Notes: a model not told the origin generated them from the letters alone. 61,833 bases of DNA, filler included, from Sluysia triapertura (GCA_046118255.1; 5 parts of 5 records of this genome joined end to end with filler, not necessarily neighbours in it); one strand, 5' to 3'. Counted from the whole stretch's first letter, positions 38,917 to 52,906 are shown. Made by a program: numbers and translations.

Positions 38917-40426
38917 ACTTTGGAATGCCAAGAAGGTTTTGAATTAAAAGCAGCTAGTCCAGAAGTAGAAGTTCTCGATCGTCGTGATAATTGGCTAGAA
39001 ACAGCTGGAAATATAATACCAGTTACTAAATTAGGTGATCAGTTAAGATTACGATTTTGTGCGTTCCGTGAAAATAGGCTTCCATTTCCTGCACGACTAA
39101 AAGATCCAGCTTTGGAACAGTCAGTTGGGAAGATTGCTTTCATGAAGGATCCAAGAAATTATCAAGGTTAATATTTGAATTAAAATTTTAAAATTAATAT
39201 TAGTATTTTTATTTTTGAATTAAATAATAATATTGTTTGTTTCTTTAACATTATACAAATTATTCATCTAGTTAATCTATAACCATTTGTAATTCAGTAA
39301 TGCAATGTATATAAACTAAAATTTTGTTCCTATTTTTAATAATATGCTACAAGAATGCATTTTGACATTTCTATTAATTCGTAGCGCGGCTCTAATAAAT
39401 TATTACATAATAAAATTAATGTCACTGAGTCGCCTGTGATTCACAGTTTTGCAAAGTAAAATGAAGATTTATAGATTGGAGATCAATGTACAATAACTTT
39501 AGCTTAAGTGTAAATGTAATGCTCAACCTAAAATTGATATTATCATTAACATTATGTCTTAATTATAACTTCAATTTGATAATCAACAATGTTTAAAAAT
39601 GATTTGAAACCTCTTTTTAAAATGAGGTGTGAAAATTCTCAATATATTTTAACTGATATACTTAATATTTAGGTAAGATTTGAATTTTAAATTTAATTCC
39701 TAAGTTTAATTTATAACAATATAAGTTAATGTTAATATTTTCGACCAACGTTAATATTCAATCGTAGTATCGGTAAAATTAAAAGCTTATAAATCAGACA
39801 TCAATTTCTGAAACTATTAATCATTATTAACCTTCTTGAATTGTATATTTCTCTTATAAATGGATTTTAGATTATTCCCTGTAATCAAATAAAAACAAAG
39901 TTAAGACAATAATTAATATTTTAATACAAAGAAATATAAATAGGTTATTGGTCACGTAAAATTATGAATCAAATATTATGTTAAATATTAAATATTAATT
40001 AGGTTGATCTAGAATTGACTTCATGCATATTTTTAAAATGCTGTTGAAAATTTTTCTGAGTTTACATTTATTTTATGCCACATTTAAACCTGCAGAAGCT
40101 TACAATGAGTTAAACTGACGCCTATGTAATAAAAATCGAGCAGTTACAGAATGTAGATTGAGTTTTTAAATATTTTCTCTGAAAACTATCGTTGAACTAT
40201 GTCAATATTCATCATAAATTAATCTAATTTATTTTCTTGGCTAATCTGCCAACTTTACATTCGAAATTTATTACAAATGACTTTGGTTTTGAAACTACAA
40301 AATAATAGTTTTAACTGTATATTTTTCAAATGTTTCTCAGATAAAAATATTTTGTGTATTAGAACTCTAAAATTATAACTGCGCATTCAGCACTATTTAT
40401 AACAATAAGTACAAGATTTTCTTGCA

Positions 40427-40472
<46 letters not shown>

Positions 40473-42050
40473 TATTGTTATTGTTATTTTCTTTGATATT
40501 ATATTATCAAATAGGCTTCAATCTTATTGGTTTAAAAGCACGTTTTTTCATTGTTTTTAATCTTCATTCTATTCAGGATATACTGGTTCTGATTATGGAA
40601 GTCAAAGCATACCTCAAAAGCCATTATGTACACTAGAAATTGATTTAGCTCCTAGTTCGACAAGTAACCATATTCATCATCATTATCCATCTCCACCTCC
40701 ATCAAATATTACTAATAATGTGAATTCTATTAACCATTCACATGAATCACAGCATCATCATTCTATCGTTTCCACTAATGAAGATTCTACTTCTATCCCT
40801 GGGTCTCAAAATAACGATAGACTTGAACTGGATTCAAAAGGTAGACCTTTGAGCGGAGAAGCCCAAGAATGGAATGAAATAGGTTGGTTGAACTTTTTAG
40901 TTTGTCATAATATCAGCAATTTATCTTTTTATAAAAGTAGTAAAGCTTATTCTATTTTCTCTAATCCATTACACATTTTAATTTATTATTTTATTAATAA
41001 AAATTTTACTTATTTAAGATAATTTTAAATGTAAAATAAATCAAATATCCTGAAATATTTTATTCAATTATTTTTAGTTTATAAGTAAATATGTTTATTT
41101 ACTTTCTAGATAATGAGGACGATGCAATAGCTCGATCGGAATTAGATTTGAGAGAAGTGGCACAAGAAGTTGGTAGTGATTGGCCCCAATTAGCTCGAGA
41201 ACTTGGATTGGATAACGAGAAGCAAATAGCTTCAGATTCAGATGCTGGTGAAGTAGAATATGAAAGTTTTATTCAACGAATTCGAACAGAAAATTCAACT
41301 GCATCCGAAGAAGATCGAGCTCTGATGGTTCTCATGGTTTGGAATGATAATGGATCGACTTTTGTTAATGGGAATGAACTCAATAGAGCTTTACGAGCTA
41401 TAGGGCGAGAAGATGTCGTTAAAAGTTGCATGAAAAACTTTGGAAGAGTTACTGACAAGGCAGAACAAAAGAAGGTATATTTTAGAATTAGCTTTTAACT
41501 TTTTTATAAATTTAGTGAAAAATATTTATAGCAAATAAAAGCAAACTGGAGCGTATTTGTCGAATGAAACTTACACATTCAGCCATAGGTAGTTTCATCG
41601 AATTTTGATAGAGCTATATATATGATAAACATTGAGCGAATTTTATACTAGAACAATGCTACATTAAAATAAAAAAAATTTAAGTTCAATGTTCACTGTA
41701 TTTATTGCAATAAATAAAATTTAAAATTATTTGTAATTAAAAAAATTATAATATGGCAAGATAAATTAATTTATTTAATCAGGCAAAAAGCCAAATTCAA
41801 CAATCAAGTCGAAATAATGATGAACCTGAAGCAGATATTGAAGATAATGATTACGAGGACGGAAATGAAGCCGGTAGTGATGAGCCGGATATGTTACGTG
41901 AAAGTGAATCTATGAATGTTAGTGAGTATGCTTTAGGAACAAATGACTCTAGTGTCATAACAGGAGACAAAATGAATGAAGCATTGAAGGAAGAAAATAA
42001 AATTAGTGACAGCAATGAAGCACAAAGTCCAACAGAAGATCCACAAGAGG
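38917..42050 (+). CDS. ANK: Ankyrin (ANK2/unc-44-like), partial: UPA domain, death domain and start of the acidic tail
   Basis: Exons 38917-39166, 40577-40882, 41110-41474, 41783-42050; GT-AG and phase-consistent. TLECQEGF...GNIIPVTK.GDQL...F.AFRENRLPF...GKIAFMKDP...QKPLCTLEI is the ankyrin UPA domain; LREVAQEVGSDWPQLARELG...GNELNRALRAIGREDVV is the death domain. Upstream and downstream exons not found. Confidence 0.92.
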
Positions 42051-45000
42051 GTTAGTTTCATTTCTATTTATATAGCTTGAATTACATTTGTTTTTTAATT
42101 ATTTCGTTAAAGTTATTAGGTTGTCACAAATGTATTGTACCTTTAGAAGTCAATGTTTATATTGATTTAAAATTAAATATTCAAAAAATAGTTTATAATT
42201 TTGTTTTAATGTTTCAATACTTTATTTAATTAAACTGATTTTTTTGATTGTAATAAAATGAACACTGAAAAAATTTTGTTACTTGTCTTGTTCGAGCATT
42301 ATTGGTAAAAGATTCAAGTAAAAGGTGCATTTAGAATGATATATTAAGTGGAAGTCTGTGATGTTACCGATATAAAGGGTGGTTCGATTGTGCTGAAGGT
42401 TTAATTACGGATGTTTAGTGCTCGAACACAAAGATAGTCCTGACTGCCCAAGTATAACAGATTTAGAAGTGTAGTGGCCAACCTTGATAAACTAAAAATT
42501 TTATTAGAAACTAATACCTTTTTTCTTTTTTTTCTTTTCATTATACTTTAACAACTATATATTCATCTCTTACATACCTTTTAAAATCAACCTTTATGTT
42601 CAATTCCACAACATCTAAATCACAATTACACCCAACATTACCAAATTTACATTAACTAATCCACCAAAAACATGTACTCGACTTTTGCAATAATCCAACA
42701 ACAAACATATTCGAAATAATCTATTCAATATTTTCGAACTCCTCATTCACACTGCACTTTAACAATTAATACTTAATATTTAATAATATTTAATAATATT
42801 TATTCAATAGTTTACTTACTTAAACTAAATCACAATCACAAACTTATAGCACATCTAATACCATCCGATAACACCACAAACCTACCTGAAACATATAAAA
42901 CACCTACTTCACATCTTCGAATCAATCACAACATTTCAAATTCACTATTCATTTATGCATAATCATCATTAACACAGTACAACACCAAAAACATCAAACA
43001 AATTAATTACACAAAACATAGTACAATAACATCTTAAATATACCAAGAGTTGTATTGCAATTGTCCTTTTAGATTCATCAAATTACAATCTTCTCAATAA
43101 GCCTTTTATCCACGATATTGCAATACGAAAATCTTGTTCTCAAATATAAACTTCAATCAATATCGAAGAACTTATTCTAACATTCTTTATTTCAATTCAA
43201 GACTCAAATCAATTACTATATCTTCAAAGGTTAATTATATTTATCAATTCTTTCAAAACAATTCTTACTCAGAAATTTAGTCTCAGATATATTTTTTAAA
43301 TTTATTTCAACATGTTAAAATTCTACAAGAATTAAGGAAGATCGTATACAGTTTCAAAGAATTCAATTTTATACAACGAAATAGCGACGATAACAATTTT
43401 AAGTTTTTTTCTGACAAGAAATCAATATCAACATCAATTTAAGTTCTCTGAAAAATTTATCGACTATTTTGGTTTTATTCATTGACAAATTTTATTAATT
43501 CTGTGGATCGATATCTCAATATCGATGGTATATGCATAGCCAAGGACTTTTACTTTAATTCTAATGTGCACTGGGACGATTGCCAGTTGGCGATGTTCGT
43601 CAAAGTGAAAGGATTCTACCCCCAAATAATCTAATTATTCAAATTGAATGGGCACTCCCAATACAGACAAGATAATTCAACGGAGTACTCGACATTTGGT
43701 ACAGAAACTTCATATTCTTGTAAAACTGAAGCTCAATTTGACGATTGTAGAGAGTTTTTGGCGGTATCGTTTTGTGCTTCTATAACAAAATTTGGACTAA
43801 CACGACCCAGTATTTCGTGGAATTCTTCTGGTTCATTATTAGGTGTAGCTGGATTTTTCATATCAGCGAATTTTGAATGTCAGTGAATAATTAAATATAT
43901 AAAATTACCGAGAGTCTTCTACCAATCGCGGCTAGACATGCTATCTATACTGGTATGGTAACTTAAATAAGAATTTGAAAAATTCATTCGTAAATAATAT
44001 ATAATGTCATACTTATTTAAATGTTATAAATATAAACAATAATGTTTGAAATTATTATACAAATCGTAACTAATTGATTTTACAAAATGACAAAGATTGC
44101 AAAAAATTAAACATATTAATTAAATGTAACTAATGAATACAGTTTTTAAACCTTTGATATGTTTAAGCAGAATATGTAGTACGTAAGAAGACTGCAAGAA
44201 AACTAATCACCATCTGCTACAACGAACAAGCATATTGTCAAATTTATTTTAATGCTACAAAAATAAATAAATAAATGATTATAAAACAATTTTAATTATG
44301 ACAACGACAAAGAAAAAGATACTATTAAATAACCAAAATAAATCACATTCGTTTAAATTGGCATTTAAGGCATCCTACGATGAACTAATGTTTACAGCTA
44401 ATTTGAATTGGAGTCCAATTGAAGCTAATATGAAATTGCTATTAGATGTTGAATTAATATTTAAATAAATTAAGATTTGTTTGAAACACTCAATTTCATT
44501 CTATAATTAATGTTGATTATTATTGATTATGCTTAACAATTATACTCCAATTAAGCAATTTTTATATAAAAGAGTTTGGCAACTATTTGGACTACTTACA
44601 TCATGAAATTTCTAAAAGTTATTAAAATATGTTACCAATAGATGCTTTGGTTGTATTTTCTATAAAGGTTAATCAACCACTTAAAATCAGTTTTATTATT
44701 TTCGTCAGGTCTTAAGCCGGCTTTAAATTATTTAAAATTAAAAGAAAAGAATAAACAAAATAATACCCTCTTATTATTAAATATCCTCTTTTACTACATG
44801 AATTAAGAGGATTCCATATCATCATATCTTGAAGAATTACATTATCTACAAGGGGTCAAATTTAATCGTTAGTAATTATGACTTATGTAGAGTTATTTAA
44901 TTTATGAACATTAATCGTTTGGAGTACTAATATGTGATAGTGAGAGTATAGAATGATATTGAATAGTGTTAAATGTGATATAATTGTAATTAATAATGAT

Positions 45001-45447
45001 ATTTGTATAATTTGATTTATTAGGAACGTTATGATTGGGTGATTTAAAACATATTTCTTTACTGAAAACAGGATATCAAAGGACTATTTGATGATTTACT
45101 AAGGTGTGATGATGATTAATTATTTTTTAAATATTTTTTGAGTTGTAAGATGAATATTCGTTGCTAACATTGTGGAGTGAACCTTAATAATAAATTCAAA
45201 AATAAATTTAATAATACATTGGCATCCACTTGGTGATCTGGAAGTAGAACTAACTCAAACCGAATTTTATGTATTAAGAAATATTAAAGTAAACTACAAA
45301 ATGTGATGATTTATGTCAAGAAACTAATAAATTATTAAAGTATTTCAAAATAAGTAAGAAAATATAAATAATCTGTTTCAAGATGGTAATCATCGAAATT
45401 TTAATGCACATTATTTAATACTACTTAAAAAATCGTAGAGATCAAAC

Positions 45448-45605
45448 TGTTAGACTTCATAAAATGGACTGACCGGGGATCGAACCCGGGACCATCGTTT
45501 GCGCAGTCGGTGCTCTACCACTGAGCTATCAGCCCCGTCTAACAATTTCATTTTTATTAAATTCAAATTTTACTAAATGGCACTTTTAGGCCTTTTACCC
45601 CAACA
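45448..45605 (-). mobile_element. tRNA-Ala-derived dispersed element, copy 3 (best preserved)
   Basis: GGGCTGA-TA-GCTC-AGTGGTA-GAGC-A-CCGAC-TGCGCAA-ACGATGGTC-CCGGG-TTCGATC-CCCGG-TCAGTCC-A. Acceptor, D and T arms intact, G3:U70 pair, anticodon position CGC, anticodon stem broken. The unit is bounded by TGTT...AACA. Confidence 0.88.
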
Positions 45606-45848
45606 TATTGAGTTCATTTGATATTTTATTTAAGTGAATTAAATTAATATTGGATTATTGTTATTATTGATTTAAGGTATAAGAGTATTGTATTTGTTAA
45701 GTGAGTTCACAAGGATCTTAATATATAATTAGAATTTGCATTTATTCTGTGAACATTGAAATTTTACTGCAGTTAGAGAATAATTAATAATTAGTAACCA
45801 TTTTACGATTATAGAAGATACATTGAAAATTTTGAGTTAATTTAATTA

Positions 45849-46561
45849 TTAAGTACTTGTTAATAATTTTAAATAAAAACGCAACAAGACTATTATGTCT
45901 ATCATAATTTGAGGAATTAATACATCTATTATCATTATAATTAGCGAATTTATCTTTATTCGCATTGCTTGTTGGTTTTGAATTTTATATTTATCATCAT
46001 TATCACTTATATAATTAGTGTTATCATTATCGTCAATGTAAGATCGATCTATACTTCTTAGATTTTTAATTACTTCCTTAAAATGTTTACCTTCGATTAA
46101 CGTAATGTATATCCTTAATTCTGGACGTAAACCAGTTTTTAGTTTATCTATTAATGTTAATTCATTTTTATTTTCAGGTACTTTTACTCTGGTAACAACA
46201 CTTTTAAGAACACAAGACAATTAATATACTGATTCATTTGGCTTTTTTTCCTTACATTTAAAATTTTAGTATATAATTTTCTCATGTCATCGAGCGCCAT
46301 TTCCTCGGTAAAACCATTTACAAATGCATTCCAAGATTGCTTATCGTTATTACTTATTTCCTTGTATGTCTGGATCGCCACTCCAGTTAAATAATTTTAG
46401 GTTCTCTCAATTTTTTTTGGGTTCTCTTAGTTTGCTTCGGCGATACTTTCATATTCAAATAAGAAATCGCAGAGATCCTTCTCTGATCCATCAAATTTTT
46501 TCATTTCAGGTAATGCCATTAAATGGCGCATGCATTCTTCAAAGTCATTAGTTAAAGTCAT
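45849..46561 (-). pseudogene. Ty3/Gypsy gag pseudogene
   Basis: ATG at 46561: MTLTNDFEECMRHLMALPEMKKFDGSEKDLCDFLFEYESIAEAN*, then YLTGVAIQTYKEI...SWNAFVNGF and LKTGLRPELR (retrotransposon gag patterns). Contains a stop and frameshifts. Confidence 0.8.
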
Positions 46562-46919
46562 TGTTACAGTATGATTTCTTATTTTAGATTTATAATCTTA
46601 TGTACTATAATTTTGGTATCTATCTTTAATTTTTAATTTATAAACTTAATATAACTTATGAATTATGTATAAAACTTATGACTTCGGTGAATGGAATTAA
46701 TATAAACTTATAAATAAATTTGTGTACTTAACGAATTTATAATGTAACAAATTATAAATTTTAAATTATAACAAAATTTGGATACATAAATGTATAAATT
46801 TAACAAAGTTAACAATTTTAACTTGGCTTAAAATTCTCGAAATTAACTTAGGGTATAAGTTAAATTATCTTACTTAAATGTTAAAACTTAAAATTATATT
46901 ATTTTATTTTATATGCTGG

Positions 46920-46937
46920 TCCTCATCCTGGGCACCA
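46920..46937 (-). promoter_or_regulatory. Retrotransposon primer-binding site
   Basis: TGGTGCCCAGGATGAGGA lies 8 nt after a ...CTTACA LTR-like end (46946) and upstream of gag on the same strand. Confidence 0.7.
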
Positions 46938-49900
46938 GTTTTTAATGTAAGATTTTTGTAAGATTTGTTGTTGATAATATAATGAGAAATGTGAATCCCA
47001 TACGATCATAGACTCATTCACTTAAGGGATAATCCGTCTGTAGCAATAAATCTACTTATACTATATAGTTTAATTTATAATTTACTAGCGTTGATTGAAT
47101 ACGATGTTCTCTGAAAGTTAATAGTTGTCATGCTCTTAAGATATCAACTTATTTCAATATGTGCCTTTTCTTAATTAAAGAAGCTTTGAGTTCAAATGAA
47201 ATAATCTAGTATTTGTATTGATTTTACTGCCAATTTTATAATCGGTTTTTAAAAATTAAAGATTATTTTATTAGATTTTAAATAATTTACTGCCGAAGTT
47301 TAAAAAACGGTTTTTGTTATTAACTCGGAATTTTAATTATTAAAATTAGTAAATATTATTTTAATGTCATTGTTTCGTCTTTGAAATTATTCGTAACACT
47401 GAGTCAATATAAGTTTACTTTGCTTAAATAGAATCTCAGTAATTTCAATATTCACTAGATCAAGTATAAATTATCACAAATTTTCTTATTTTAATTGTGA
47501 TATTTATTCAACCAAAAAATTTCTTTTTCCAATTCGAATTAATAACAATAACTCAATAATATAATAATTAAAAAATCAGTTACAAATTGCTATTATAAGT
47601 CTCCGCTTTAACAATAATATGAGTCAGTTAAATAAAAAATGATTAAATCTTAAGATTAACAATAATAATATTAAACACACAATCATCTGTCCGAAGAAAC
47701 CAGAGGTGACGCACCAAAAAACAAAATATCAATATCTAAAGAAGTTGAAAATAATAATAATGCTTACATATAGTCGAATAATTCTATGAGAACTTAATAA
47801 GAAAAAAGTTATAAAATAATTCGGGCATTAAGTCTCCCAAAAAATTAATAGCTTAAAAAATTAATTTGAATTATAATTGTTTAATTCAAACAAAATTCTC
47901 AAACAAAATTAAATTAAACAAAAATAAAATAAAATTAGAATAAAATTAAAATAAAATGAACAAAATTACCCACATCATGAAAATGAGCAGAATGATAAGA
48001 GTTTGAATTGTGGCTCTGTATTTTGTTGTGTGTTAAAATTTTTAAGTTTTTCATTTTACACTTTCTCATCATCCAATCAATCCTGAGTTTCACAATCAAT
48101 CTCTTTCTTACATAAATCATCAAAACCTCTTAGAAGGCCACAGATGTTTTCACCTTCACCTCTCAATTCCTTTTTCTACTTCTTCATGTTAATAACTACC
48201 ATACTAGATTTATTCTTAAAACCAATAAGAATGATTTTATTTTTCAAATATTTTAAACATTTTATAAGATTACTCGAAGATCTTAGATGCTTATCGATGT
48301 TTCGAGATGCTTAAAGGTTAATGACGTCTCAGATGATCTCAAAGTTCACAAGTTCAAAGGTAGCATGATGCCTTTAAAGGTATTCCAAGTCTATCTCAAA
48401 CCTTCACAAAGTCTTTGGAACTCTAAGACATTATTCTGTTATCCACGTTACTTTAGATGTTTTCATCCTCATAATTCTTACTCCAACAATATTTTATTGT
48501 TTCTAAACATCATTTTATATTGACTCTTCTGGTCCACAGTTTGGCAGTCCTAGCATCATGACTTAAGTGTTCACGGGAAAACTTAGGAAGATATTAACAG
48601 AAGATTTACTTTGATGGTATTAAAATAGATGACGCATGATATAAGTAGTTGCTATATAAATGCAAGCCACTTAATAGTATATGTCTAAATATCTCAAATA
48701 ATACATTTAGATATATTAATATATAGATAACACTCATACAACACGGCTTCATTCGGGCCCTTTAATGAATATACGGAAACTATATACCTTCACGTACATA
48801 CCTTATTAGCACGATTTTTATTCTAAACTTTTAGAAAATTAAGCTGCGCACCTTAATATACACAATATACACATAAATTTTATTAGTTTCTAGTCTCCTA
48901 TATCACGCTTTCATACAACACAGATTTTCTAAACATCTACTGTTATAGTGGGGATACGTATTAAAATACTAAGATAGATATTTCCGTCATCATTTATATT
49001 CTTTGTCAATATTTTTACACATTTTTTTAATATTAACATTGTTTAATATTAAACATATAAAACAAAAAAATGTTAATGTAAAAAAAGGATAATCAACAGA
49101 AACGGTATTTAATAAAAATAATTATTACTGAGAACTTTTAATACGTGATGAGGCTCAAAAATAATTAGATACAAAAAAATTTTATATTTAAAGCAGCAAT
49201 AATGTACAATTTATTAAATTGAAATTTTATTTTAATTAATCACGTGATTTTTTTACTTTTAACGTCATTAATTTTGTTCAGCAGCTATATAATGTTTCAG
49301 ATACCTTAAATATTTATAATGCACTAAGTTTGTCTAAAGACAAGATAAAGAAGAGTGATGTTTATCTTTTGAAAAGGATTATTATTGCAAAATAAACAAC
49401 TTATATTCTTATAGCTTTATATGTACGAGCCTCACCACATATCTAGTGAATGCATTTTTCCAAAGCACAAATCATCTATTCTAATATAGAATCAATCGTT
49501 CAAAAATTCAGAAGAATCAATATTAGTTGTTGTTTTATGTCGACAATCTAAGGTTAAATTTAATTTATATAATTCAAGTGTTGTCATTCGCGTTATTTAA
49601 TCAATCTTATTTTGAATAAGATTGTATAAAAGTTCACCATACAATAAGAAATGTGGTATGTTTTTATGAACAGTCAAATAATTCAATAAATCACATTTCA
49701 AAAAAAATAAAAATAGTACTTAATATATTTTTGTAGAAAATAGTATAAATAATAGAAAATAACTTTTCAAAATTTATTATTTAATCTCATAAATAAATAT
49801 CAACATTTATTTTACAAATAACAAAAACTCAGAATATTTGAAAAATACTCCTTGTAATAACAATTAAAATGACTGTAACAATAATAACAATAAGCATGCA

Positions 49901-50080
49901 ATAATAAATAAAATAGATATTTTTATCTTTAATAATCAAATCTAAAAAAATCGCTAAAATTTAAACTATATCGAATTTTTCTTAAAATGCAATTATAAAT
50001 AAATTGACAAAATAAATTTAAATTATTTTAATAATAATAATATTATTATTATTATTAAAATAATTATAAATAAATTGACA

Positions 50081-50180
50081 NNNNNNNNNNNNNNNNNNNN
50101 NNNNNNNNNNNNNNNNNNNNNNNNTTAATTAATTAANNNNNNNNNNNNNNNNNNNNNNNNNNNNNNNNNNNNNNNNNNNN
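50081..50180. other. Artificial contig-join spacer
   Basis: 44N-TTAATTAATTAA-44N. Confidence 0.95.
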
Positions 50181-50811
50181 ATATATAACGAAACAATTAC
50201 ATTTGTAACGAACAGTATGCACGTTCAAAAAGTATATATATAAAATAAAAACCAATCAGCATACAACAAAATATAAAGTAAACAAATTACAATAGTTATA
50301 TGTCGCCATAAAATGCACTGTTCTTTAGGGAAGAAATTTTCGGCGGGAGCAGATGCATTCATTCGTCGGCCATCTAAGGGTCCCTCAGGCGTATGCCACG
50401 TACGAGTGAACCTGCTGCACCTGCCTGTATGTTGGTATTCACTTTACCATGTCTTTTATCATACAATGATATTTTGTACTTGTTCATTTTTCCACCATAA
50501 ATAAACATAAAAGTGGTTAAATTGTGCAACAATATAATTATATTCGAATTATTTTAAATTGTCAAACGAACCTGATATACTATTCACATCAAATAGAAAT
50601 CGTGATAGCTAATGAATTAGACAGAACTCTTATTTAATAAGCTATGAAAAAATAATAAGGTATTAGAAAAATAAAATATAATATGTCTTGTAAACTTGAA
50701 CATTGATTGGATATAATTTTTGAATTGCGAGTGTATGCATTTTACAATTTTTTAGACATCGTGTTTCAAGTATTTGAATGAATATTTATTTCAATACGAA
50801 TCTAAATAATA

Positions 50812-50843
<32 letters not shown>

Positions 50844-52859
50844 TTATTATTATTGATTGTCATTTATGTAATAAACATAAACAAAATAAGTTCATATTTA
50901 TCACATTATTTATGGTGTCAAAATCTCAAATAACAATGATTTAAATAAGTCAAATAATAAAAAGTAAAAATAGTTGAATTATCAAAATAGATAACGAAGT
51001 AAAGCTCCATATTAATAGAACTACTACGCACTACAGTATTACGTGATGAATTATTGTGCAACCATGATATCTGCAGCCAAATGCTTATTGTCGAAATGTA
51101 AACAATTAACCCTGTTGTGCTCCAGTGATTTTATAAGAATCAATTTGAATAAATAGAAAATAAATACATTTGTAATGAATGCATGACAATAAAATATGTT
51201 CTGTGGCACAATTGATTAAAAGTTCAGATATTTTATATCAACAGATTTTTTGATGTTTATTTAAATAACATTTATTAATAACATTTTGAACCATTCACAA
51301 TTGGGCAAAGAAGAAATGGATAAATCAACCGAAAAAATTATGAGCTTTCACCACACTTGTTCAACAACCCTGTGCAAGTTAAATTCTATTAAAATTAGTA
51401 TTTGTTTTATTTCTCATTTTCTCGGTTGTATGAAAATATTTTTAATTCTTCGAATAAGCTTATATAATAAATATGAAACAACTTTCATCAAATAACCAAT
51501 ATCAGGAATTTTTCTTATTGGATTTACTAATAAAAAATGAGTTCTTTAGTTTCGTTTATTATAAACTTTTAGCTATTTAATTATCTTGCTATGTTTCGTT
51601 AGCTTTTTCTACTTTTATTAGTTATTTTATTTAAACCTTTTGTTTCATTTATTATTTTTTGGATGAAAAATTCATTCATTTCGAAAACAAATATTTTTCT
51701 TTTGTTATCACTATCATAATAAACATTTACGATAATTTTGAAGTACCAATTTAACAAACTGAGCAAAAGTCAATTCGGTAAGATGATGAACGTTACTTTT
51801 TGAATTGATACATTTCTTTGGTAATACGAACTTAACACACACATATATCATTATTTAAACTTTCTTCTATTGGAAATACAAAAAGAAAGTTTAGTTATGT
51901 TCCAATCTTTTTGATAAAATTAACTGCAATTTGATTCATAACTTTTTACTGATGTAAAAACACGGACTTGTATTACTGTAATGAGATTTTATATTAAATC
52001 TATCTGCTTGCCTTACTGTTTTAGTTTATACTTCATCTATATTTCAAATAATAAACTATTTGTAAAAGGTTTGATTTTAATTATTGATTACAATAAGAGC
52101 AAATAATTTTCAAAGTTGGCAGCAGAATAATACTCGCAATAAAATATCTTTGTGAAGGTAAATGAATTTATTTGTTTTTATGGAAAGAAAATATTTTTAG
52201 CAACTAAACTTAAAAGTAAATATTATTTATTTATACAAATCTGTTTAGCACATTCCAGATATTGGTATGTATAATTTCGAAAATAGAAATTTTCGAATAA
52301 ATAATGATGAATAAATATTTTAATATTTAAAGTTTTAGAACAAAGTTTGTCTATTATTATAAATATGCTTTGTTATTAATTTTAAACTTAGTATGTACAA
52401 TGTAAAATAGATGTTACCAAGCATCGTACAGGGGTTTTTCTTTTAATATTTCAAATTTTTAAAATTTTAATAACCCTTAAAGATTATTCTAATTAGAAGA
52501 ATGAACAAATTGGAAATTTATATTTGAAAATTTGTCATCGCACGAAGTTTTGAATTTGTTAGAAAATTTAATATGCCTAATACTGCTAAAAAGATAATTA
52601 ATAAATAAACATTTAATACTGTGAAATAGTAAAAAATTATTTTTATTTCACATAATATTTCATAATATATTTTTACAATATAAAAAATTACCATGACAGA
52701 AAATTTCCTATTCTTGCACTATTTTCAATTTGGACTTACTTTTCGAAGCTGTATTATTTTAAAATTTTTAAATTTATCGCAACAAAATTATAAAATTAAA
52801 ATAAACAAAAATTAGTAAATGATAAAAGCTCAAGTACGAATAATGGAAATAATGTATCG

Positions 52860-52861
<2 letters not shown>

Positions 52862-52906
<45 letters not shown>

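Noticed and set aside
45466-45536. Functional tRNA-Ala(CGC) gene
   Set aside because: The anticodon stem does not pair, position 33 is G rather than U, and diverged copies are dispersed. Treated as a tRNA-derived repeat.
45448-46950. tRNA-containing unit as the 3' LTR of the adjacent gag element
   Set aside because: No PPT precedes it, and it does not match the sequence upstream of the PBS.
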